DNA of 64,000 bases, taken from NCBI GenBank assembly GCA_028711065.1, contig JAQTSY010000004.1, forward strand, positions 34,522 through 98,521, in the 5' to 3' direction. The notes under the pieces were generated by a model. The model was not told where the DNA came from, did not search any database, and saw only the letters and a list, made by a program, of their open reading frames with translations. The translations under genes and the position numbers were made by a program. The stretch is from Minisyncoccota bacterium (lineage in GTDB: Bacteria > Patescibacteriota > Minisyncoccia > Phycocordibacterales > JAQTLZ01). Positions 9,841-18,173 of this stretch are shown piece by piece (positions within the stretch are counted from its first letter, which is position 1; every line of letters begins with the position of its first letter).

Positions 9841-9874
9841 CAAAAAATCTTCACATGCATGTGAAGATTTTTTG
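9841..9874. terminator. bidirectional intrinsic terminator
   Basis: CAAAAAATCTTCACATGCATGTGAAGATTTTTTG palindrome. Confidence 0.8.
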
Positions 9875-11551
9875 TCAAGAAACCATTTTAATTTCGATCA
9901 CCCGCTGTAATTCGTCGAGAGAAGTTACCCCCTGAAGCACTTTGAGAACCCCATCCTGCTCCAGCGTGAGAAGTCCTTGCGGTGCTGCAGCAGCTCGGAT
10001 CTCCCGTTCGCTCGGATTTTCTTCAACCACTTTTTCAATTGCCTGATCGGTAAGTATTGCTTCATAAATTCCGACGCGTCCTTTGTAGCCAGTGCCATTG
10101 CACTTCTCACAGCCGACCGCTTCCCAGATTGTTTTCGCTTCCATTTTATACTCGGGAAGGACAATAGTAGACAAAATATATTTGATAAGTTTTTCGGTCT
10201 CTCCAGTAAGAGGGATTTCTTTTTTGCAATTTTGGCAGAGCGTTCGTACAAGTCTTTGGGCCAGGGCGATGTTGATTGCTGACGTGAGGATCTTTGGATT
10301 CACTCCGAGGTCTATGAGGCGCGGGAACGAACCCGCTGCATCGTTGGTGTGAAGTGTCGAGAAAACAAGGTGCCCTGTGAGAGCGGAATTGATAGCGATC
10401 TCTGCGGTTTCGGAATCTCGAATTTCACCAACCATGATGACATCCGGGTCCTGGCGGAGTGCAGAACGGAGTCCTGTGAGGAACGTATATCCTTTTTCAG
10501 CATCGGTCTGCGTCTGGACGATTCCAGGAAGATGATATTCAATCGGATCTTCAATAGTGATAATTTTTATTTCAGGCGTGTGGATTTTTTTGAGGAATGA
10601 ATAGAGAGTTGTCGTCTTTCCAGAACCTGTCGGACCAGTGGTGAGTATCATTCCGTTCGGCTTTGAAATTTCGTGTTCGAGAAGCTTCAAAAGTTTCGGT
10701 GAAATGCCAAGCTCTTCCATCGGCACATTAATTGTTTTTGGATTCAAGATTCGAAGAACGATAGACTCGCTGTATGCCCCAGGGAGGATTGAGGTTCGAA
10801 TTTCGATATTCTGCGCGTCGATGTGCACGCTAAATCGTCCGTCTTGGGCGTTTGCTTTAATGTTGAGTTTTAATCCGGAGAGAAGCTTTACTCGAGAGAG
10901 TAGGAGAGAGTAGGTATCCCGATCAAAAGTTAAAATGTCGAGAAGCACTCCGTCCAATCGATAGCGAAGTCGCACATACCCTTCTTCCGGTTCGAGATGG
11001 ATATCAGACGCAGAGGTTGCCAGCGCTCCGGCAACGATGATTTCGAGGATCTTTGAAATGCGGTAGCCTTTTTTTTGCACTAGCACGTCTTCAATGAGTT
11101 TCTTTACATCTTCGATCGTTTTGACATTTTTCAGGATTGAAGCAATTTCTTCATTTGAAATATCAAGTGCTCCTGCTTTCGTTTCGTAGGCGAATGAAAT
11201 ATCTTTATATCGCGACCAGGCTTTTTCAAGACTTGCGGTCGAGACGAGGAATGATGTGCATTCGTAGGCCCTGGCCTTAAGTTCACTTATGGTTTCAACA
11301 GTTTTTTCGTTTGCCGGAGTAAGCACGGCGATCTGAAGTTTTTTCCCGACCATATTAAAAATTGCCATCTTTGCTTCTCTAGCTTTTTCTTCCGGAATGA
11401 TGCCTAAAGCGTCGGTATTGATTGAGATTGCAGAGAGATCGAGATACCCTATGCCATATTTTTCTGAGAGTTCCTGTGCCAGTTCCTCTTCCTCTTTTTT
11501 GTAGAGTTCTTTTACTTTCTTTTTTTGTTTGTCGTCATCAAATTGAACCAT
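9875..11551 (-). CDS. pilB: type IV pilus assembly ATPase PilB/GspE family
   Basis: ASDIH, TGPTGSGKTTTLY, TIEDPIEY, LRQDPD, LTGHLVFSTLHTN and a tetracysteine motif. Confidence 0.93.
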   Translation of the reverse strand: MVQFDDDKQKKKVKELYKKEEEELAQELSEKYGIGYLDLSAISINTDALGIIPEEKAREAKMAIFNMVGKKLQIAVLTPANEKTVETISELKARAYECTSFLVSTASLEKAWSRYKDISFAYETKAGALDISNEEIASILKNVKTIEDVKKLIEDVLVQKKGYRISKILEIIVAGALATSASDIHLEPEEGYVRLRYRLDGVLLDILTFDRDTYSLLLSRVKLLSGLKLNIKANAQDGRFSVHIDAQNIEIRTSILPGAYSESIVLRILNPKTINVPMEELGISPKLLKLLEHEISKPNGMILTTGPTGSGKTTTLYSFLKKIHTPEIKIITIEDPIEYHLPGIVQTQTDAEKGYTFLTGLRSALRQDPDVIMVGEIRDSETAEIAINSALTGHLVFSTLHTNDAAGSFPRLIDLGVNPKILTSAINIALAQRLVRTLCQNCKKEIPLTGETEKLIKYILSTIVLPEYKMEAKTIWEAVGCEKCNGTGYKGRVGIYEAILTDQAIEKVVEENPSEREIRAAAAPQGLLTLEQDGVLKVLQGVTSLDELQRVIEIKMVS

Positions 11552-11810
11552 GACAGCTTTAGTGTATCGTTTTTCCTGTCTAAAACAAAGAAAAAGATTC
11601 TCTTGACTTTCTGTTTATTAATGATATAAGATATTCTTAGGACTAGTCATCGAGAAGAATATCTTTTTGCGACATCGTTCGAACGTCATGAAAACCTTCG
11701 GTTTTCGCGTCGCTTCTCACTTGTCGCAATAAATCATCCAGACTAAAAAACCAAGGAGCGAATCCGTGCGGATTCCCTTAAAGCATTTGCACATCACATT
11801 GGAGGCGATC

Positions 11811-12215
11811 ATGTCTGCTCACGGCGGAGGCGGAAGTCACAAATCCTCCGGTGGTGGTGGAGGAGGAGGTGGGGGAAGTGGAGGAAGTCCTGGCATTGGA
11901 CTCGTTGCATTTTTTATCGTGGTCCCGATACTTCTCTTCAGTAGTTGGCGTGGGAAAGGGAAACCTTCTCTCCCACCAACACCAGTTGAAGAAAGTGTTC
12001 AAACTGAAGGGGATGAAGGATCTGAAGTGGCCACTCCAGAGCAGAGTACGCCTGAACCCTCTCAAATCCCGGAAGAATCTCTTGCGCAAGGTGATTTGAG
12101 ATACGGCCGAAATAGTTCGGTGGGCTCGAGGCCTCCGCAGATTACCCTTGAAAATGGGGCGGAAGTAAAAAAGTTCTATAGGCAAGAATTAGAACGGCTG
12201 CGTCAGAGACGATAG
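11811..12215 (+). CDS. hypothetical single-pass membrane protein with Gly-rich N-terminus
   Basis: GGAGG SD at 11801, ATG at 11811, poly-Gly, a hydrophobic segment and a Pro/Glu linker; followed by a terminator at 12220-12246. Confidence 0.75.
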   Translation: MSAHGGGGSHKSSGGGGGGGGGSGGSPGIGLVAFFIVVPILLFSSWRGKGKPSLPPTPVEESVQTEGDEGSEVATPEQSTPEPSQIPEESLAQGDLRYGRNSSVGSRPPQITLENGAEVKKFYRQELERLRQRR

Positions 12216-12283
12216 CCGAAAGGGAGCGATTTCGCTCCTTTTTTCTTGCCCAATGGTGTCATTTTTTGAAAACACAATGCCTA

Positions 12284-12311
12284 TTGACTTTTCCGTACGA
12301 AGTGCTATAAT
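12284..12311 (+). promoter_or_regulatory. sigma70-type promoter
   Basis: TTGACT, 16 nt with TG, TATAAT. Confidence 0.7.
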
Positions 12312-12405
12312 TGCACACAGACAGTGAAGAATCCTCAAGGCAGTCTCACTGCGAGATTGTGAGGGCAACTCTTCGTTGATAATCCAGGGAAAAGGAGAAT
12401 GTGTT

Positions 12406-13362
12406 ATGGCGATTTCCGCCGGAGAAAAAGCTCGGCTTCAGGGTCTGCTCGCGACCGCTAATACGCGTCGCGCAGCACTGCCGGGGGAGCTGACGGCCAA
12501 GGCTACGGCCTTTCAGACTGCCGAAAGCAATCTGACGACAGCCGAAGCCGCCGTGGTGACAGCGCAGACCGCGGTCACAGCGGCTGCCGGTTTGCCCGCG
12601 TTGCCGGCCGCTCAGGCCGATTTGACTGCGAAGACGGCCGCTCGCGATACCGCCAGAGCGGCGCGTGATACCGCGAAGACGGAGCACGAAGCCAAGGAGC
12701 GCGAGGTCTTGGACAACGAGACCGAGGTCGCGGGCCTGGAACACCAACTGAAGGCTCCGTGGCGTCAGAAGCTCGAGAAGTACGGCTGGATGGCCGGAGC
12801 CGCTGCGATCGTCCTGCTCATTTTGTTTTTCACGCGCGGCAGTTCGCCGGACGCGAAGGGCAAGGACAACGTGGCGGAGCAGGGCGCAACGACCAACAGC
12901 GCGGCACCGAAGGGCGCTGACGCTTCGACGGTGAACCAGGACATCTCGCTCAAGGTGTCGAAGGACAAGGATGGCCGCACGATTATCGTCGTCGACAATC
13001 CGACCGACAAGGTTCCGTTTCCGCAGCACGGAAAGAAGGACGGCGATCTCATCGTGACTCCGTCGGAGAACAACACGGGCGTCGCACTCCAGGGCCAAAG
13101 CGCTTCAAACGCGACGGCGACCAGGGAAATGGTGCTGACTTTGGACGATCTGTCCCAAGCCAACCAGAGCACCCAAGGCTGGAAGAGTGATGCTGACAAG
13201 AGCATCGAGCGGAGCCGGGACATGTTGCGGTGGATGAAAAACGAATACGATCCGCAGCGGCTCCAGGAGCACAAAAGGATGCTTCAGTTGAAGTATCCGT
13301 CGCCCGGAACGGACGATAGGGACGTCACAATAACCTTCCCAGGAGACAAGCCGGCCAAATAA
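12406..13362 (+). CDS. hypothetical membrane protein with Ala/Thr-rich coiled-coil N-terminus
   Basis: AGGAG SD, ATG at 12406, GC-rich codons, TM segment GWMAGAAAIVLLILFF. Confidence 0.8.
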   Translation: MAISAGEKARLQGLLATANTRRAALPGELTAKATAFQTAESNLTTAEAAVVTAQTAVTAAAGLPALPAAQADLTAKTAARDTARAARDTAKTEHEAKEREVLDNETEVAGLEHQLKAPWRQKLEKYGWMAGAAAIVLLILFFTRGSSPDAKGKDNVAEQGATTNSAAPKGADASTVNQDISLKVSKDKDGRTIIVVDNPTDKVPFPQHGKKDGDLIVTPSENNTGVALQGQSASNATATREMVLTLDDLSQANQSTQGWKSDADKSIERSRDMLRWMKNEYDPQRLQEHKRMLQLKYPSPGTDDRDVTITFPGDKPAK

Positions 13363-13386
13363 GCGCTGGCACATGGTACAAAGAGG

Positions 13387-13426
13387 GAGAGAAAAGAGGC
13401 GGGGACACAATCTGGTGTCCCTTTTT
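13387..13426 (+). repeat. 40-bp direct repeat copy 1 (contains terminator hairpin)
   Basis: GAGAGAAAAGAGGCGGGGACACAATCTGGTGTCCCTTTTT, identical to 14493-14532. Confidence 0.9.
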
Positions 13427-13486
13427 TCGTGCCTTTTGTCACTTCCACCCCTTGCTACCGTCTTCTTATGCGGACACTTGAAGCAC

Positions 13487-13516
13487 TTGACAAAGCGGTG
13501 CTTTGTGTGCTATCAT
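13487..13516 (+). promoter_or_regulatory. sigma70-type promoter
   Basis: TTGACA, 18 nt with TG, TATCAT. Confidence 0.65.
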
Positions 13517-13598
13517 TAAGCCCAGCAGTACCTTGTGTTGTAGGAAGTTCAACCGTCAATCAGCCGCTTTGAGGCGGCAAACTTGGGGAGGATAGACG

Positions 13599-14456
13599 AT
13601 GAAAAACATCGTGTTGGTGATCGTGTTGTGCTTCGTGGCCAGTGTGGTCGCGGGCGAAGCCGGTGTGCCCACTCCGCAGCGCCAGAGTGATGAGTCGAAG
13701 TGGCAGGAGGCCACGGAGGCCGCCGCTACGCAGGAGTTGGTGTTGACGTTGAAAGACGTCAAGGACGCCAACGAAAACACCGCGCGGTACAAGCGGGAGC
13801 TTGAAGAGGAGCGGGGAAAGAAAGCCCGCTCCCATCATCATTCGGCCCGAGTGGATTCGGATGAAGGCGAGAGGACGAGTGAGGAGAGTGCGAAGAACAC
13901 TTCCTCCCGTCCGCCGTGCCCGCATCCCGGATACATCTGGGTGGAATCCGATGATGGCGGAAGCTGGCAACGGCCTCCGTGCGATGTTCCGGGCGGCGTC
14001 TGGTATAAAAACGCTGGCCGGTGGGGTTTGCTCCCTAAGGGCGCGACTCTGGGGAATGACGGCGTTTGGGAAAGCGTTCCGCATAAAGCGGCACCTGAAG
14101 GAAATCATACTTCGGTGAAGGTCCAATCACGCTACCCTGCGCTACCGCCCGGCCAATTCTACGGCGAGATTTGCCACAAGTGTGGACATGTCGTAGAAGT
14201 TGGGCAAGCATGCGGGTGCGAAACGGCCCACCACACGGTGAAGAAAGAAGTTGAAATAATCTACACCAACCCGGACCACTGCCCAGTGCCAGGATACTAC
14301 TGGCATCGCAAGCACAATATGTGGGAATGCCCACCCTCTCCAGGACCTGGGTGGGAGTGGAACCCGCGGGGATGGTATCAGACTCGTGATACCAGCCGCG
14401 AAGGGATCTACAGGCGGTGGGGAGTAAACTTCGGCTTCCAATACAACGGACGCTGA
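13599..14456 (+). CDS. hypothetical secreted protein with Cys/Pro/Trp-rich repeats
   Basis: GGAGG SD, signal peptide MKNIVLVIVLCFVASVVAG, PCPHPGYIW and HCPVPGYYW repeats, CHKC..CGC. Confidence 0.8.
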   Translation: MKNIVLVIVLCFVASVVAGEAGVPTPQRQSDESKWQEATEAAATQELVLTLKDVKDANENTARYKRELEEERGKKARSHHHSARVDSDEGERTSEESAKNTSSRPPCPHPGYIWVESDDGGSWQRPPCDVPGGVWYKNAGRWGLLPKGATLGNDGVWESVPHKAAPEGNHTSVKVQSRYPALPPGQFYGEICHKCGHVVEVGQACGCETAHHTVKKEVEIIYTNPDHCPVPGYYWHRKHNMWECPPSPGPGWEWNPRGWYQTRDTSREGIYRRWGVNFGFQYNGR

Positions 14457-14492
14457 AGCGCACAAGGAAATTTGTACAAATAAACAAAGAAT

Positions 14493-14532
14493 GAGAGAAA
14501 AGAGGCGGGGACACAATCTGGTGTCCCTTTTT
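14493..14532 (+). repeat. 40-bp direct repeat copy 2 (contains terminator hairpin)
   Basis: Identical to 13387-13426. Confidence 0.9.
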
Positions 14533-14586
14533 CATTGCCAATTTTTTTGTATTGCCCGGCGCTTTTTAAAAGGATAGACTTTCATT

Positions 14587-15027
14587 ATGAAAAAGGAGAG
14601 CAGAAGTTTAAAAGAGACGGAAACAGTGGCGCATGATTTTGTATCGAAGCTACAAGCCACCAACTACAAGCCAAAAGCTACCCTTGTCGGTCTTTATGGA
14701 GATCTCGGCGCAGGCAAAACCACTTTCATGAAAGGCATAGCAAAAGCTTTCGGAATAGAAGAAGATGTAACGAGTCCGACTTTTGTTATAGAAAAGATTT
14801 TTCGATTGAAAGAAAAGTCGTTTGAACATTTGATTCATGTTGATGCATATCGATTGGAAAGCTCTGGCGAGTTACTAAATCTCGGCTGGAAAGAAATTTC
14901 TGAAAATCCGAAAAATATTATTTTCATAGAGTGGCCGGAAAAAGTGTCTGACATTTTGCCCAAAGAAATGCAGCATATTTATTTTAAACACGTAAACGAA
15001 AATGCCCGAGAAATTTCTTTTGAATAA
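14587..15027 (+). CDS. tsaE: tRNA t6A biosynthesis ATPase TsaE
   Basis: GDLGAGKTTF, VTSPTF, HVDAYRL and IEW. Confidence 0.96.
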   Translation: MKKESRSLKETETVAHDFVSKLQATNYKPKATLVGLYGDLGAGKTTFMKGIAKAFGIEEDVTSPTFVIEKIFRLKEKSFEHLIHVDAYRLESSGELLNLGWKEISENPKNIIFIEWPEKVSDILPKEMQHIYFKHVNENAREISFE

Positions 15028-15031
15028 CACG

Positions 15032-17452
15032 ATGCCGAAAAAAACCGAAAAAATAAAAAAAGAGGAGACGAAAGAGGCGCACGAGGCTGGTGGCAAGAAA
15101 AAGCTCGCCTTGCTCGACATGCACGCCATCATTCATCGTGCTTATCACGCACTGCCAGATTTTGCCACACGTGATGGTATTCCTACTGGAGCTCTGTATG
15201 GCCTTATTACCATGCTTCTGAAGCTCATCGGAGACATTAAGCCAGACTATATAATTGCTTGCTACGACTTGCCACAGGCCACCTACCGTCATGAACTCTA
15301 TGAGGATTACAAAGCTGGGCGAGCAAAAACCGATGAAGCGCTCGTGTCGCAGATCAAAAAATCTCGCGATGTATTGAAAGTATTTGGCATTCCCTTTTTT
15401 GAAGTGGGGGGATTTGAGGCGGACGATCTTTTGGGTACGATCGTTGAGAAAGTGAAGGATGATAAAAATATTTCTGTTGTCATTTGTTCGGGGGATATGG
15501 ATACGCTTCAGCTTGTCGATGATAAAAAAGTGCAGGTCTACACTTTGAAAAAGGGGATTAAAGATACGATTATTTACGATGAGGACATGGTACGGGAGCG
15601 ATTTGGATTTGGACCGAAACTTTTGCCTGACTACAAAGGTTTTCGAGGCGATCCTTCTGACAATATTATCGGTATTAAAGGGATTGGGGACAAAACTGCT
15701 TCGATTCTCATTCAGAAATTCGGTTCGGTTGAGCAAATTTATAAAGCACTGAAGAAAAATAAAAAGCAGTTTATCGAAGCTGGGCTTACAGAAAGAATCG
15801 TGGCTTTGCTTTCAGAACACGAAGAAGAGGCTATTTTCTCAAAGATGCTCGCTCTCATCCGCCGGGATGCTCCGATGGATTTTAAATTGCCCGCAAAGAA
15901 TTGGAAAGAAAATGTGGATTTTGATGCGCTTAAAAAACTTTTTCAGGAATTGGAATTTCGAACGCTCGGCGCGCGAGTGGACGAACTTGTGAATGGAAAG
16001 CCAACCCAGGGCGCGTTTCTTTCTTCGCCCACCGTGCAAGAAAATGTCGCACCAGGGCAGCTCAAAAAAGTTTCGGTGGCTCTCTGGCTTTTGGACTCAA
16101 ATATTACAAATCCGTCTCTCGAGGATGTTTTAGAATGGAGCGGAAAAAATACATTTGCGGAAGCACAGGATGTCATCATGAGCGAACTTAAAAAGCAGAA
16201 TTTGGAAAATGTGTACAAAGATATCGAGTTTCCGCTCATTCGTATCACCGAAAAGATGAAAGAGAGGGGAGTGAAAATTGACGCAAAATATTTGGCAGAA
16301 CTTTCGAAGGAGTATCACAAAAAACTTTCAACCCTTGAGGCGAAAATTTGGAAACATGCCGGGCAGGAATTTAATATTAATTCCCCGAAACAGCTCGGTG
16401 AAATCCTTTTCGACAAGATGGGTTTGGCTCCCAAGAATCAGAAAAAGACAGCGGGCGGTGCGAAATCTACAAAAGAATCCGAGCTCGAGAAGATGAAAGA
16501 ACTCCATCCGATTGTTGCCGAAATTTTGAGCTATCGCGAGCTCCAGAAGCTTCTCTCTACCTATATAGACACGATTCCGACCTTGATTGCGGATGATGGG
16601 CGGCTTCACGCTGAATTCATTCAAGCGGGTTCGACTACGGGAAGAATGGCATCGGCTAATCCGAATATGCAGAATATTCCGATCAAAAGCGAGCTTGGGC
16701 GAGTGATTCGAAATGCATTCGTGGCAGAGAAGGGATTTTCACTTGTTGAGCTCGATTATTCGCAGATGGAGCTTCGAGTTTCGGCATTCTTGTCAAAAGA
16801 TAAAAGAATGATAGAGATTTTCAAAAATAATCGGGATATTCACAACGAAGTGGCAGCTGCTGTGTTCGGTGTTTCTGCGAACAAAGTGGATTATGAAATG
16901 CGCCGTAAAGCGAAAGTGATTAATTTCGGCATTATTTACGGAATGGGAGTGAATGCACTTAAGCAGACGACTGGCTCAACGCGCGAAGAAGCGCAAAAGT
17001 TTTATGAAGAATATTTTAAAAATTTCTCCGGGCTTGCGGAATATCTTGAAAATGTGAAAAAAGAAGCAACTGCAAAAGGTTATACAGAAACATTTTTCGG
17101 CCGGCGTCGATTATTTCCTGACCTTCGCTCGCGACTTCCCTTTATTAAAGCGATGGCAGAAAGAATGGCGATCAACGCGCCGATTCAAGGGACTTCGGCG
17201 GATATCGTGAAGCTCGCAATGAAAAATGTTGACGCCTATATCGAAAAAAATAATTTAGACAAAGATGTCTATCTTCTTCTCCAAATCCACGACTCGCTTA
17301 TGTATGAAATTCGAACCGACCTTGTGAAAAAAGTCCTGCCGGAAATCCAGAAAATTATGGAAAATGTCATCCCGCCAGAAAAAATATTTGGGATTGTCTG
17401 CAAGACAAAAGCTTCGGTGGGGGAGAATTGGGACAGGATGAAAGAAGTATAA
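15032..17452 (+). CDS. polA: DNA polymerase I (5'-3' exonuclease plus polymerase; 3'-5' exo region reduced)
   Basis: EADD, SGD.D, GDPSDNI.G, TGRMAS.NPN.QNIP, DYSQ.ELR, AK.INFGIIYG and QIHD. Confidence 0.97.
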   Translation: MPKKTEKIKKEETKEAHEAGGKKKLALLDMHAIIHRAYHALPDFATRDGIPTGALYGLITMLLKLIGDIKPDYIIACYDLPQATYRHELYEDYKAGRAKTDEALVSQIKKSRDVLKVFGIPFFEVGGFEADDLLGTIVEKVKDDKNISVVICSGDMDTLQLVDDKKVQVYTLKKGIKDTIIYDEDMVRERFGFGPKLLPDYKGFRGDPSDNIIGIKGIGDKTASILIQKFGSVEQIYKALKKNKKQFIEAGLTERIVALLSEHEEEAIFSKMLALIRRDAPMDFKLPAKNWKENVDFDALKKLFQELEFRTLGARVDELVNGKPTQGAFLSSPTVQENVAPGQLKKVSVALWLLDSNITNPSLEDVLEWSGKNTFAEAQDVIMSELKKQNLENVYKDIEFPLIRITEKMKERGVKIDAKYLAELSKEYHKKLSTLEAKIWKHAGQEFNINSPKQLGEILFDKMGLAPKNQKKTAGGAKSTKESELEKMKELHPIVAEILSYRELQKLLSTYIDTIPTLIADDGRLHAEFIQAGSTTGRMASANPNMQNIPIKSELGRVIRNAFVAEKGFSLVELDYSQMELRVSAFLSKDKRMIEIFKNNRDIHNEVAAAVFGVSANKVDYEMRRKAKVINFGIIYGMGVNALKQTTGSTREEAQKFYEEYFKNFSGLAEYLENVKKEATAKGYTETFFGRRRLFPDLRSRLPFIKAMAERMAINAPIQGTSADIVKLAMKNVDAYIEKNNLDKDVYLLLQIHDSLMYEIRTDLVKKVLPEIQKIMENVIPPEKIFGIVCKTKASVGENWDRMKEV

Positions 17453-17461
17453 TGAATTACC

Positions 17462-18163
17462 ATGTTTGAGAAACAACCAAATGAAGTGCCTTTTTCTGGG
17501 CTAAAAAAAACAGGAAAGAAAGGAAAATATTTCGAAATTAAATCTGTAGAAACAGATCCTGGTTTCGTTGTGAAAGAGGCAAAAACAAAATGGGGATTAT
17601 TTGAAACTGCTGGTGTACATCCTCTGAATGATATAGATAGAGCAAAAGCCGATCTGGATATTATGAAAGAAGATTTCGGTGAATTTATTCCGGGAACTAG
17701 CCTTGTTGTGGGGAAAAATGAAAAGGGTGAAAAAACATTCTATGCTGTCCAAGAGAAAATTGAGGGACAGGCTTTAGATAAGGTTGGCAATAATGAAGAA
17801 GTCCGTCAGCAATTAGAAAGTTTTTTTGACAAAGTAAGAGAAGCATTCAAGAAACACTTGTTTTATTATAAAAATTCCAGACAACCCCAGTCTATTTTCC
17901 CAGACATGAAAGGCTGGAATTTCATTTTTGGGACTAATCCAAAGAGGGGAGAAACAAAATCAAGATTGTATTTTATTGATACCTACCCCGTTGAGGGGGC
18001 TGATTTCAACGATGATTTTATAAATAGATATATACCGACGATTGTAAAACCAACTTTCCCAAGCGAATACTGGCCTGTCATAGATGACTTCAGAATGAAA
18101 TTAGCTGAAGAAATAAAACAACATATAAAAGCACACTCGGACGAAATACCTCGAGTAAATTAA
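17462..18163 (+). CDS. hypothetical protein with protein-kinase-like motifs
   Basis: FVVKE, YAVQEKIEG, PDMKGWNFIF and LYFID occur in kinase-fold order. Confidence 0.55.
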   Translation: MFEKQPNEVPFSGLKKTGKKGKYFEIKSVETDPGFVVKEAKTKWGLFETAGVHPLNDIDRAKADLDIMKEDFGEFIPGTSLVVGKNEKGEKTFYAVQEKIEGQALDKVGNNEEVRQQLESFFDKVREAFKKHLFYYKNSRQPQSIFPDMKGWNFIFGTNPKRGETKSRLYFIDTYPVEGADFNDDFINRYIPTIVKPTFPSEYWPVIDDFRMKLAEEIKQHIKAHSDEIPRVN

Positions 18164-18173
18164 AATACTTTTT

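Noticed and set aside
9536-9874. tmRNA or RNase P RNA as the identity of the 330-nt transcript
   Set aside because: No tRNA-like GGGG..TTCGA..CCA ends and no GAGGAAAGTCC motif.
13387-14532. CRISPR or integron attC interpretation of the 40-bp repeats
   Set aside because: Only two copies 1.1 kb apart, no cas or intI gene, and no RYYYAAC/GTTRRRY ends.
12346-14541. Long antisense and alternate-frame ORFs over the GC-rich cluster
   Set aside because: These are shadows of GC-rich genes; the chosen frames have the SD, promoter and signal or TM features.
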